Assembly (NCBI GenBank): GCA_951406725.2
Contig: OX597826.1
Coordinates: 1,798,001 to 1,862,000 of the forward strand
Direction of reading: 5' to 3'
From: Octopus vulgaris
Lineage: Eukaryota
DNA length: 64,000 bases
The number at the start of each line of letters is the position of its first letter. The stretch's first letter is position 1. The translations under genes and the position numbers were made by a program. The notes beneath the pieces were generated by a model. That model saw only the letters and a list, made by a program, of their open reading frames with translations, was not told the origin of the DNA and did not search any database. Shown here one piece after another: positions 38,406 through 51,642 of this stretch.

Positions 38406-39326
38406 TATTTGCAAATATATGCAATGCATCCATATATCCATACATACGCACACACACACACTCACATACACACACACAGAGTTCTACATCGTCAGTGAAC
38501 TACAGACCGTATAATAGCTACAAAATATACAAACTTCTCAATTTCCCAATGTATAAAATATATTCAAAATAGTATCTTCATAATATCGATAATGAACACA
38601 AGCGAAATTTGAAAATCATTCATTTCTATATATATTGAATAAACACAAACATTTAAGCTAAACAACGAGAACTACGAGTATTTCAGCGACAACAGGCATT
38701 TTATGGTGAATGAATGCAAATGAAACGATTATTAATTTTCAAAATAAATATATTTATTAAATTGGAATAATATTAAAGTAAATTTTTCGCTTGTATATTT
38801 GTAATGAATGTTTATCATTAGAGACGAGGATACTGTTTAACGTTTAATTACAGACTTAACATGGTTTGTGATTACACATTGTTACAAAAATATGTTCCCA
38901 ATATAAGCTGTATAGAATATACAGCAAGCAAGGACAATGGTTGCAACGAATTCTGAGTAATCTCTCTTTAGTGGACGGACAAACGGAGATGAAGAGACAC
39001 ACTGCCAGTTCTATATTTCTGAGACAAGGAATTAATATTATTTATGGTTACATTAGGCGGAGTGGTATCCTCATTCAAGTACCTATTTAAGAAGAGTGGT
39101 CCAGGTGCGTGCACTCGCGTACTCGCCCATCAGCGCTAGCTAGTCGTGACTAGTCGATCCTACAACGACTACTTAGCGCGAGTGCGCGTATACAAATTAA
39201 TAGATGTTTTTTTTAAACAAATAGGGTTTTTTCTTAAACAAAATTATTTTTTTACTCAAAGTAAATATTTTTAAAACAAAGTAAATAAAATACAAAAACA
39301 CAAAGTAAATAATTTAAAAACAAAGT

Positions 39327-39777
39327 GGATCTTTTCGGTTTGAACGGCAGTTCTTTAAAATAATTTCCACGTAACTAAACACTTTTAAACTTCGTATACT
39401 GGTAGAATGTGTTTATAAAACATCTTTTTCTCTTGGCTTTATTGAGAAAATTCTATAGTTTGTAGGATATTTGTTGTCTTTTTTCTTCAATTTCTGCAAT
39501 TTCAACCAATCAGTGACGTCCATTGAGGTAAAAAAAAGCATTCTGTGCCGTATGAATATGTCCCTCGTTTAAGAAACAGATCAGGTTTATTTACATTTGT
39601 GAAGAAAAAAAGATACCCTTCCCTCCACCCCTAACCCTAACCCTAACCATCCCTAACTAACCCTAACTCTAACCCTAAAATAGATTGAAATACAATAGAT
39701 CGATACTAGGGTCATAATTATGGGTGACAATTTCATATGACTGCTCGAAAAAACTGCCGTTCAAACCGAAAAGATCC
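39327..39777. mobile_element. Merlin-like MITE (opposite orientation to 35014) with a (CCCTAA)n tract
   Basis: Same TIRs as 35014; ccctaa repeats at 39628-39677; no clear TSD. Confidence 0.85.
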
Positions 39778-39853
39778 TAAAATGTTTTAAAAGAAATTTA
39801 AAGTAGCGGTGTTATAACTGTAAACCTACTTTTGGGCCACTCTGTATACATGC

Positions 39854-39975
39854 AGGCGCAGGCGTGGCTCTATGGTAAGAAGCTTACTTCCCAACCACAT
39901 GCTTCGGGGTTCAATCCCCCTGCGTGGCACATTGGGCGAATGCCTTCTGTTATAGTCTCGGGCCGACCAAAGTCT
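39854..39975 (+). mobile_element. SINE family A 5' fragment
   Basis: ggcgcaggcgtggctc...ggccgaccaaag. Confidence 0.8.
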
Positions 39976-40384
39976 TGTTTCATGAGTCCAAGAGCTCGAA
40001 TAAAAAACAAAACAAAACAAAACCTGTAAGAGCCGTACGATATTTAATTAAGGACCTTATTCTAATTACTCAGTGGGTGGGATTGTAAAATACAGCAGCC
40101 CTTAGTTATTGAGGCTAATTAAATCGACTATATTCCATGATCCAAAGTAAGATATCAGCATTCAAGGGTCTTTGATGTTTGTATAAAAGAGGCGTATTCC
40201 ACGATGCGTATTTCTGGTGCTTTTGTGTAATTTATCATTTCATAAAGCCCCATGGGCATCAGATGAAAGAGCTCTTACTTAATAAGATCTTTTGATCAGA
40301 TCTGAATTTAGTCCCCTCCGCCACCCAACGCCACTTAAATGCTTAATGATACTTCCTTAGCTATCGTTTACATATAATATATAT

Positions 40385-40752
40385 CTTTTAGTTTTTTCAG
40401 TTTTTGGAATGCGGCCATGCCGGAGCACAACATTGAAGGGTTAAGTCGAATAAATCGACATTAGTACTTATTGTTAAGCCAGGTACGCATTCTGTCGATC
40501 TCTTTTTGTCACCATTAAGTTACGGAGACGTAAACAAATCAACGCCGGTTGACAAATACAAGCACACGCACATATAAAACGTGCTTCTTTCAGTTTCTGT
40601 TACCCAAATTCACTCACAAGGCTCTGGCTAGCCCGGAACCACAGAAAAAAAAACTTGTCCAAAGTGCAGCGTACTAGGACTGCATCCAAGGCGACATGGA
40701 TGTGAAGCAAGGTGTAGCTGTGTGTCTCTCGCCACACTGCCACATCTGCGCC
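40385..40752 (-). mobile_element. SINE family A, diverged
   Basis: gcggccatgccggagcac...ttttcagtttctgttacccaaattcactcacaagg...ctgcgcc. Confidence 0.78.
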
Positions 40753-41207
40753 TGTTATATAATAAATTATATGCCACAGAAACTCTCAAAACCAGACATC
40801 CATATCTAAGCATTATCTAAGCCTAAGGATATAATCTTTGAAGAAAAACAGCCAATATCAGTGTAAGTAATTTTCACAAGCCATGAATTCACTAACACTT
40901 CCCACTTCACTAGAATGGGAGACAACTCAGAATAACGAGACTAAGACATAAAATCCACAAGGAAGCGTAACAAATATGTACACTCCTCATCAGCAGCCAA
41001 ACGGATATCACTACGGTTTCGACACTTGAGCAGTACCAATCAATCCTGTTGTGTCAGCAGCTTTAGAAACATGAGTGCGGCCTGGGAATCAACAGTAAGC
41101 AGCAAGAGTAAAACAGCATAGTATATCCATTACACCAATAACTACTAATTACTACAAGGAATGGCGTTAAAGTAAACAATAAGCATTAACTTACAGTTAC
41201 AAAATGC

Positions 41208-41507
41208 GAAGGTGCGTAGTTTAGTGGTTGAGGTATTTGGCTCGTGATCGCAAGGTCGTGAGTTCGATTCCCGGCAACACTTTATTTCACGTTGCTCAGT
41301 CCACTCGGTTGGCAAAAATGAGCAGTACCAGTATTTCAAAGGGCCAGCCTTGTCACATTCTGTGTCACGCTGATTCTCCCCGAGAACTACTGTTAACGGT
41401 ACGCATGTCTGTGGAGTACTCAGCCACATGCACGTTAATTTCACGAGCAGGCTGTTCCGTTGATCGGATCAACTGGAACCCTCGTCGTCGTAACCGACGG
41501 AGTGCCA
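41208..41507 (+). mobile_element. SINE family C
   Basis: tRNA-like head with gagttcgattccc; body cactttatttcacgttgctcagtccactc. Confidence 0.78.
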
Positions 41508-42073
41508 GTTATAGTTACGAAGAACTTACTCCCAAAAAGCACATTGTGATCCTAAACTTATAATACAAAGCAACAAGCAAATTAAACATATTAAGGGGGA
41601 AAAAAACTATCCACCCGCTGATACCAGCCCAAGGAATAGTAAACCAAGAACTTAGTACATAAAGACTATAACGTTTACGGAGATGTACTTGCATAGCAAG
41701 TGACCCGATCTGAGATCGTGTGCTGGAGCGAAAACAATTGCAGCGTGGAAGGTGTTTATAAGCCATTTAAGAAACACGCAAAATCCGTTAGATTCACTTC
41801 AACATTTAAATTTAATTTGCCAAAATATTTTCGTCGCTTTGAGTCTAAATGGCTTATAAACACCTTCCACTATAAAACGTTTGTAAATTGTATTTGCGTT
41901 TGTCTTCCACTGTGTTTGTTGTAAGTGGAATAGATTTAGAAAGAAAGCAAGCCCATCCGCTAGAGGCGTAGAAAGACCTCAAGGCCACCTCCTGGTAACC
42001 TGAAACCAATTTCACATACCCTTCACACCACTCACGAACCACTGCCGAGGTAAAAGCCTGAACCTGGTTTCAT

Positions 42074-42113
<40 letters not shown>

Positions 42114-42268
42114 CGTCGCCGCGGCCGCCATTACCACCACCACCACCACCACCACCACCACCACCACCACCACCACCACCATCGCCATCACCACCACAAC
42201 CACCTCCACTGCAACTACTACTACTACTACTGCCGCCGCTGCCACCCCACCCCCACTTCAACCACCAT

Positions 42269-42342
<74 letters not shown>

Positions 42343-43322
42343 AACGGTCGGGATAAAGTGCAACAAATGTATGTTGCTTTTTTGGAGTGGGATTAACCGG
42401 TAATCCTATAGGGCTCAGATGAAATTACCTGCCAGCAACCACCCCGGGGGCAATTTGTAAGCGACATCATCTCACAACCCCCGTTCATCCCGATCACGAT
42501 TTCAAGTGTTCTTACCAATATTTGGTTGTGTGCACCTTAGCAAAGACACTTGTTTACATCATCATCAAAAGCATACATTCTAAAACTCAGGTTTTAGAAT
42601 GTATGCTTCGTAGTTGCTTCAGCAGCAGGCTGGTGGTGGTGGTGGTGGGGTGGGGTAAATGTGGTAGTCATAATGGTGATGGTGGTAGTGGTGGTGGTGA
42701 TGATGTTAATGGTGTTGGCGGTAGTGGTGGTAGTGGTAGTTTAGTACGAAGAAAGATGAGAAGGATAGTTTAAAAGAAGCAGGAGAGAGAGAGAGAGAGA
42801 GAGAAAGATTGAGATAGATAGATAGATAGATAGATAGATATAGAGAGAGAGGGAGAGATAGATAGATATAGAGAGAGAGGGAGAGATAGATAGAGGGAGA
42901 AAGAGAGGGAGAGAGAGGGAGAGAGAGAAGGAGAGAGAGAAGGAGAGAGAGAAGGAGAGAGAGAGAGAGAGAGAGAAGTGTCGAGAATTTCAAATACATT
43001 TTAAAGAATACCTGGAGTGTATCGGGAGAGTGAACAAGATTTGATGGCAAAATAGTTTGCTTCGAGATCTGAAAGAAAGCTGTTTGATATAAATACACAC
43101 ACATACACCTATATATATATGCATATCTATATAAAATACATACACAAGCATGCATGTACACACACACATATACATACAAACATGCATGTACGCTCAAATA
43201 CACACAGATACAGAGATACGTACCCACACACAAACATGCATACACACGAACACGCACACACACACACACATATACGTATGCGTGGAGGCGTGCGGTTTAG
43301 CATGTCGTACTTACGATCCTGT

Positions 43323-43460
43323 AAAGGTGCATGGCTCAGTGTTTAGAGTGTCGGGCTCACAATCATGAGGTAGTAAGTTCGATTCCCAGACAGGAGTGTG
43401 TGTTGTGATCTTGAGCAAGACACTTCATTTCACGTTGCTCAGCTGTAGAAATGTGTTGCG
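43323..43460 (+). mobile_element. SINE family C 5' part
   Basis: ggtgcatggctcagtgtttagagtgtcgg...cttgagcaagacacttcatttcacgttgctc. Confidence 0.8.
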
Positions 43461-43504
43461 GCGTCGATTGCGTGCTACGATTCTACCATCTCGTCCACTT
43501 AATC

Positions 43505-44117
43505 ATCCTTTCTACTAAAGGCACAAGGCCTGAAATTTTGTAGAAGGAGACTAGTCGGTTACATTGACCTCAGTGTTTCACTGGTACTTAATTTATCGGT
43601 CCTCAAAGGATGAAAGGCAAAGTCGACCTCGGCGGAATTTGAACTCAGAACGTAGCGACAGGCGAAATACCGCTAAGCATTTCGTCCAGCGTGCTAACGA
43701 TTCTTATTTCTTTATTGCCCACAAGGGTCTAAACATAGAGGAGACAAACAAGGGCAGACAAAGGGATTAAGTCGATTACATCGACTCCAGTGCGTAACTG
43801 GTACTTAATTTATCGACACCGAAAGGATGAAAGACAAAGACGACTTCGGCGGAATTTGAACCCAGAAGGTAGCGATGGGCGAAATACCTATTTCTTTACT
43901 ACCCCCAAAGGGCTAAACTCATATAGGACAAACAAGGACAGACAAACGGATTAAGTCGATTACATCGACCCCAGTGCGTAACTGGTACTTAATTCATCGG
44001 ACCCCAAAGGATGAAAGGCAAAGTCTACCTCGGCGGAATTTGAACTCAGAACGTAGCGACGGGCGAAATACTGCTAAGCATTTCGTCCAGCCTGCTAACG
44101 CTTCTGCCAGCTCACCA
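43505..44117 (-). mobile_element. Tandem array of ~3 SINE family B units
   Basis: Three repeats of ggtacttaatt..aggatgaaag..cggcggaatttgaac, carrying two different tails. Confidence 0.88.
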
Positions 44118-44439
44118 ACTTCGATAATCAAAAATGGTTTCGTCTCTTCCCATTTTCTCACTATTCAAGATTTTCTTTCTAACTGCAGAAAGATTTATTC
44201 GTTAAAAGATGGCAATACAATCGACAATAAACAAATACAAAATTAGAAAACGTACAAATTAAAACTAATTTGGAATGTTTTTTTCTTTTAATTAGAGAGT
44301 AACATATGAATAATAATGTATTGAAGCGAAAAGATATCGTACAATTAATAACAATTAAATATAATTAACTAAGAATATACAGACTTTTTTCTATATGTAC
44401 GATACAAGAAAACTTGTTACAAAATAGTGTTGAATATTT

Positions 44440-44870
44440 ACATTGGTGGGGATAGATGTTCTCACCTTGTTTGTTGTTATCACAAGATTTCGGCTGATGT
44501 ATTCTCCAGCCTTCATCAGGTGTTCTGGTGGAATTTTGAACCCAAATCTTTATTTGACTAAGGGGGTACTCTGTTCTTATTCCTAAGGTAGCACATATGC
44601 TTGGACACAATAACCTCCTAAGCAGACCTCGTGCAGGTATGAATAGAATATGGGAATCGGTATTAAGGAACGATTCAAAAATAATAGGTTTATAAGCCCT
44701 AAAAATCATTCTATAATTGCCAAGATCCCGGGTTCAATGAAGAAATGGTAATAACAACATCAGCAACAAATAATACCTTAGTTCGACACCTGATGAAGGC
44801 TGCAGAGTAGATCAGCCGAAACAACAAACAAGGTGAGAACACTTACCTGTCCATTGTAAATAATGTACGT
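44440..44870. mobile_element. PLE-type element with inverted pseudo-LTRs, each carrying a hammerhead core
   Basis: Minus 44481-44525: cac-CTGATGA-aggctg..cagcc-GAAA-tctt-gtg. Plus 44787-44822: cac-CTGATGA-aggctg..cagcc-GAAA. Both continue acaacaaacaaggtgagaaca. Confidence 0.75.
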
Positions 44871-45496
44871 AATCCCTCATCAAAAAGTACAAAATAGTGT
44901 TGGTTTTATTGCACCATAGGTGTGGCCCTGAGCTAAAGAAGCTCGCTTTGCAACTAGTTGGTTTCGGGTTCGCTCCCACTGTACGGTACCTGGGGCAAGT
45001 CTCTTCTGCTATAGCTCCGGGTCGATCAATGCCTTCTAAGTGAATTTGGTAGATAACCGGATATCAGTGCTGATAGGTTTACGTCTCCATAACTTAGCGG
45101 TTCGGCAAAAGAGGCCGATAGGATAATTAGTATATATACATGCATGGTGCTTGTCCCATCTTCACAGATGACTGTTGTCTCCTTGTATTTCTTCGCTGTC
45201 AACAGTTATTTCTGGCTTTCCGTCCATTACTTTTCAAATGACTACTCAGTCCTGTTGCGGATCTGCATGATTTGAAGCATAGGTGAGAGACAGGTCTGCA
45301 CACGTCGCTACTTTCCCATCGTCCTGGGACTTTCAGTCGATGGAATGGCAAATGTGGTCACCGTAAAGAGATAACTGTCCGTCATTGGATTATAGAGAGA
45401 AGCGCCTGGACAACACGATTAACACTGTTTGAGCTTTTGAGACGAGTACCGAGCGACAGGCCGAAGCGAGATGACCACTAATCACATGCATGCATG

Positions 45497-47075
45497 CATG
45501 TATGTATGTATGTATGTATGTATGTATGTATGTATGTATGTATGTGTGTGTGTATGTATGTATGTATGTATGTATGAATGTATGTGTTTGTGTGTATGTA
45601 TGTATGTATGTATGTATGTATGTATATTTGTATGTTTGTATGTATGTATGTATGTATGTCTGTATGTATGTATGTATGTATGTATGTGTGTATGTATGTT
45701 TGTATGTATGTGTGTATGTATGTCTGTATGTATGTATGTATGTATGTATGTATGTATGTATGTATGTATGTATGTGTGTATGTATGTCTGTATGTATGTA
45801 TGTATGTATGTATGTATGTATGTATGTATGTATGTATGTATGTATGTATGTATGTATGTATGTATGTATGTATGTCTGTATGTATGTATGTATGTATGTA
45901 TGTATGTATGTATGTATGTCTGTATGTATGTATGTATGTATGTGTGTATGCATGCATGTATGTATGTATGTTTGTATGTATGTCTGTATGTATGTATGTA
46001 TGTATGTATGTATGTATGTATGTATGTATGTATGTATGTATGTATGTATGTATGTGTGTATGTATGTCTGTATGTATGTATGTATGTATGTTTGTATGTA
46101 TGTATGTATGTATGTATGTATGTATGTATGTATGTATGTATGTATGTATGTATGTATGTATGTATGTATGTATGTATGTGTGTATGCATGCATGTATGTA
46201 TGTATGTTTGTATGTATGTCTGTATGTATGTATGTATGTATGTATGTATGTATGTATGTATGTATGTATGTATGTATGTATGTATGTATGTATGTATGTA
46301 TGTATGTATGTATGTATGTATGTATGTATGTATGTATGTATGTATGTATGTATGTATGTATGTATGTATGTATGTCTGTATGTATGTATGTATGTATGTA
46401 TGTATGTATGTATGTATGTATGTATGTATGTATGTATGTATGTGTGTATGTATGTCTGTATGTATGTATGTATGTATGTATGTATGTATGTATGTATGTA
46501 TGTATGTATGTATGTATGTATGTATGTATGTATGTATGTATGTATGTATGTATGTATGTATGTATGTATGTATGTATGTATGTATGTATGTATGTATGTA
46601 TGTATGTATGCATGTAAGTATGTATGTATGTATGTGTGTATGTATGTATGTATGTGTGTATGTATGTATGTATGTATGTATGTATGTATGTATGTATGTA
46701 TGTATGTATGTATGTCTGTATGTATGTATGTATGTATGTATGTATGTATGTATGTATGTATGTATGTATGTATGTATGTATGTATGTATGTATGTATGTA
46801 TGTATGTATGTATGTATGTATGTATGCATGCATGTATGTATGTTTGTATGTATGTCTGTATGTATGTATGTATGTATGTATGTATGTATGTATGTGTGTA
46901 TGTATGTATGCATGTATGTATGTGTGTATGCATGTAATGTATGTATGTATGTATGTATGTGTGTATGTATGTATGTATGTGTGTATGTATGTATGTATGT
47001 GTGTATGTATGTATGTATGTATGTATGTATGAATGTATGTGTTTGTGTGTATGTATGTATGTATGTATGTGTGTA
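45497..47075. repeat. ~1.6-kb (TATG)n array
   Basis: Long tetranucleotide array with recurring variant units (tgtg, tctg, tttg, catg). Confidence 0.98.
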
Positions 47076-47212
47076 TGTGTTGTTCTTGGTATTTTCTGAT
47101 ACAAAATGTGTTCAATACAACTTTGCTAGAAACGTAGCGTCTAATTGAAGCTAACTTATAATCAGCCGATGTCTATATTTCTTTTTGCTTTATCCCTTTT
47201 AATGAGGTCCAC

Positions 47213-47480
<268 letters not shown>

Positions 47481-48452
47481 AGTGTATATGAGTGAGTGAA
47501 TAAGATTTACTGATAAGATGTGAGTTTGTGTTGCGTTACCAAAGATACAGGATGTTTCTGTTGGATAATATTTCTATAACGGTAAAAGTACTTCAGCCAG
47601 TGTATCAATTCATCCGTCGTTGGAGTACCACGGTGAGCAGAGGTTTAGAGCTATACGCTGCCATGCTAGTCCATTACATGCTGGCACAGATCGATAATCG
47701 ATTAAATCGACTTCATTAATGACAATTTTTAACGTAACTACAAGTTTTTAAATTCAGGGAAAGCGGTGGAGTGAATTTAATCAGTTCTAGAAAACTGAAT
47801 GATTTTATATTTTATTGGGCGGAAGAAAACGTTGGCCAATGCTGGATTTGAACCCAGAAAAGAAAGTATTAGATCAAGGCTTTTGTCTGTTGGTCCAAAA
47901 ATGTTGATATCCTACTGTTGTAACTGGTTGACGAACTCGATCGACGTTTGATAATATCGGATGCGTAATTATTTCGACGTTATTTGTATTTCGCTCGCTC
48001 ACTCATTCCCTCCGCCATTTTTCGGACCTTGTCTTGCCTGGTGATTTTTAATTGCTTTCTCAGGCACTTCATATGGAAGCGGTTTAGTAGTATCTTGGCG
48101 TAGCGTTCGTAAACCGTCCAAGTCTCTTAGGCAGTACAACTGCCTTGCATACTATCAACTTGGTGGCCAGCCTAATGCACACACAAACACCTATTTAGAG
48201 AGATACATAATCACAAACATCCGTCTTTCTGTATTTCTGTCTGTCTCTCTTTCTCTCCTCCCCTCTCTGTAGATAGACAGAGAGGTAGACCATACATGCA
48301 TATGGAAGGAAGAGATGAGTGAATCTATCTGCAAAACAGATAACCTATTCCTATTAAACACATCTATTTATGTTTGCAGAGAGCCTTAAGGGAGCAATTA
48401 GAGCAGAACTTACAATAACTCACCTGTCACTCATTAAAATTACTTTCAGAAG

Positions 48453-48682
48453 GGCTGTGGCTTGGCAGAATCGTTAGTACGCCGGGCGGAATGCCTAGCT
48501 GTATTTCGTGTGCCGCTAGGCTCTGAGTTCAAATTCCGCCGAGGTCGACTTTGCCTTTCATCCTTTCGGGGTCGATAAATTAAGTTACAGTTACATACTG
48601 GAGTCGATGTAATCGACTTAATCCCTTTGTCTGTCCTTGTTTGTCCCCTCTATGTTTAGCCCTTTGTGCGCAATAAAGAAAT
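48453..48682 (+). mobile_element. SINE family B full copy
   Basis: Tail tttgtcccctctatgtttagccctttgtgcgcaataaagaaat. Confidence 0.9.
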
Positions 48683-48899
48683 AAGAATCGGTTGAGCATC
48701 CAACAAACATGTTTTGTGTTATTTCGTTGCGTTTACTTTATGTTCTGAGTTCAAATCCTGCTTGAGGATTTGACTTTCGCTTTAATTCTTCTGGAGTCGT
48801 GATCGATAAAATAAAATACCATTTAAGTATAGCGGTTGATTAAATTAATTACAAGGCCCCGCCTAAATTTGAAAGTTTGTACTCTTTTTTTGAAGAAAA

Positions 48900-49419
48900 G
48901 GTATGGCTGTGTGGTTAAAGAAGCTCATTTCACACCACATAGTTTTGTGTTCGGTCCCACTGTGCGGCATCATGGGGGAAGTATTTCCTACTGTAGCCAT
49001 GAACTAACCCATGCATTGTGAGTGAATTTGGTTCTCGGAAACTGTGAGGAAGCCCGTTATATATATGTGTAAATGTATGAGTGCGTGAGTGTGTATGTGT
49101 GCGTGTTCGTTCGTGTGAATGTGTGTGTTTGTGTTTGTCCACTACCACCGCTTGATAACTGGTATTAGTATTGGTTTGTTTATGTCCCCGTGACTTAGCG
49201 GATAAATATCCTGTATATTTAGGCACATGACCTGAAATTTGGGGGAGGGGACTAGTCGATTATATCAACCCCAGTGTTTCACTGATACTTAATTTATCGA
49301 CCCCGAAAGGATGAAAGGCAAAGTCGACCACTGCGGAATTTGAACTCAGAACGTAACGGCAGACGAAATACTGCTATGCATTTCGCCTGGCGTGCTAACG
49401 GTTCTGCCAGCTCGCCGCC
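48900..49419. mobile_element. Diverged SINE A (+, 48900-49200) abutting SINE B (-, 49215-49419)
   Basis: Family-diagnostic motifs in both parts. Confidence 0.8.
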
Positions 49420-49422
49420 GCC

Positions 49423-49470
<48 letters not shown>

Positions 49471-49527
49471 TTAATAATAATAATAACAACAATATAAAAA
49501 TAATAATAGTAGTAGTAGTAGTAGTAG

Positions 49528-49558
<31 letters not shown>

Positions 49559-50134
49559 CAACAACAACAACAACAATGTTTATGATTCAGGTCTAAAACC
49601 AGTAGCATTTTGGTGGGGGTTGTCGCTTGTCGATTATATCAACCCGAGTATTTGACTGGTACTTTATCGACACTCTGGCCTTCGGCTGAATTTGAACTCA
49701 GAACATAAATACCTGGAACAAATACAACCCGCCAATTTCCGACATCCTAACAATTTCACTAGAGGGGGGGGGGGAGAAAGAAAGAAAGAAAGAGGGAGAA
49801 ATAAATAAAAGTCAATATAAACCTGACATTGTTATCGTGGATTGGAAAGCTAGGAGATGATTTGCTTATCAATATAGCAATAATGGTTTATTAATGATTA
49901 TTAACTCGAGTTTATTAGATATTTTCACTAATTAGTGAGTCTCCATTAATGATTATTAACTAGACTGTTTTGGCTAGCAATTATCGCCCTGTGATATTTC
50001 ATTAACGATCTGAAACCAGAGTTCATCAGGCAGTAGTTAGCACACAGTAATAATTTTAATTAACAATCAATTAGCTATCACTCAACTTATTGATTATATT
50101 TTATCGATAAATGCTTATTTTTATTCTTTTTATT

Positions 50135-50447
50135 CTCTTGTTTCAGTCATCAGACTGCGGCCATGCTGGGGCACTACATTCAAGAATTTCAAGTCGAATG
50201 AATCAACCCCAATACTTATTTATTTTAAAACCTGGTGTCTTTTGCCGAACCGTTAAGTTGAGGACGTAAATATGCCAACGTCGGTTGTCAAACGGTGGTG
50301 GGCGTAAGAAGACGTGGCTGTGTGGTAACAAGCTAGCTTTCCAACCACATGGTTTAGGGTTCAGTCCCACAGCGTGGCACCTTGTCTTTTACAATAGCCT
50401 CGGGTCGACCAAAGCCTTGTTTGTGGATTTGGTAGACGGAAACTGAA
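50135..50447. mobile_element. SINE A 3' half (-) fused to SINE A 5' half (+)
   Basis: gtttcagtcatcagactgcggccatgctgggg.. followed by gtggctgtgtgg..ggtagacggaaactgaa. Confidence 0.8.
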
Positions 50448-50455
50448 ATTTCATC

Positions 50456-50526
<71 letters not shown>

Positions 50527-50776
50527 GAGTAATTGCCTGGAATCGAACTCGGAATTTTATTTCATCTGATCCGTGGAAACATGGAAAAGTGGACATTAAG
50601 ACGACAACAGCAACGGCAGTGGCGGCGGTGGTGACGATGATCACGACGACGGTGACGATGGCGACCACAGCGGCGGCGGCGACAACGACGACGACGACGA
50701 CGACTACGAATGTGATCAAAACATCTTCCATGTCATTTTCTCATTGTTTTTTTGTGTCCATTAGATCCACGCATAA

Positions 50777-50985
50777 GGCGGTGAGCTGGCAGAATCGTTA
50801 GCGCGCTGGACGAAATGCTTAGTGGTATCTCGACCGTCGCTACGTTCCTAGTTCAAATTCCGCCGAGGTCGACTTTGCCTTTCATCCTTTCGGGGTCGAT
50901 AAATTAAGTAACAGATACGCACTGGGGTCGATGTAATCGACTTAATCCCTTTGTCTGTCCTTGTTTGTTCCCTCTATGTTCAGCC
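50777..50985 (+). mobile_element. SINE family B
   Basis: ggcggtgagctggcagaatcgttag...cctctatgttcagcc. Confidence 0.88.
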
Positions 50986-51135
50986 AGCTCGCCGCCTTAA
51001 CAACAGCAGCAACAACAGCATTGTGGAACCTCTGTTAATAATCCTCTTTTTTTTTTGTTGGAGGTTCAACCGTTCCAAAAACTGACTGCTCCCTGATTCA
51101 TGACATTCACCATGGTGTTTGCCTTTTATAAGTAT

Positions 51136-51515
51136 ACTAGCAGTATCGCCCGGCGTTGCTCGCGTTTGTTTCGACCATTTAGAATTGGAACTTTTGAAAA
51201 GTAAAAATTTTGCATTGTGTAGCTTGTTATTCTATTTAAGCGAACATTTTTCTGGTTGAAATACACCGAAAAATGGCGACACAGCAGTCAAAACATCGCA
51301 ATAAATAAGGATTTTCATAGAAAAAAGTACCTTTTTGATGTAAATAATTTTTGGCCTTAACAGGGTCCGATTCGAATATTATCTTCTACGGAATGAAGAG
51401 CAAGCCTTCTTCTATCATACTCTCAATTTTGGTTAACTTGCGCCGCTGGGTCTCGGAGGCTACCAAACCTGCCAAACACACACACACACACAACTTCAGC
51501 TCTCTCTATATAGAT
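51136..51515 (+). mobile_element. Helentron/HINE-like element
   Basis: Start actagcagtatcgcccggcgttgctcg is shared with 57421 and 61139; ends (CA)n..ctatatagat. Confidence 0.6.
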
Positions 51516-51552
51516 ATTTCATCAATCTTAAAATGTCCTCTACCGAATTTAA

Positions 51553-51642
51553 ATGGATTGGCACTCACATGTCGCAGTGTTTAACCATGTATAATTCATG
51601 GATTGGCACTCACATGTCGCAGTGTTTAACCATGTATAATTC
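51553..51642. repeat. Perfect 45-bp tandem duplication
   Basis: atggattggcactcacatgtcgcagtgtttaaccatgtataattc x2. Confidence 0.95.

Noticed and set aside
45390-47148. ORFs of 375-545 aa (HTYI/MYVC repeats)
   Set aside because: Stop-free translations of (TATG)n. The same applies to the YI, HT, CV and YLSI ORFs throughout the window.
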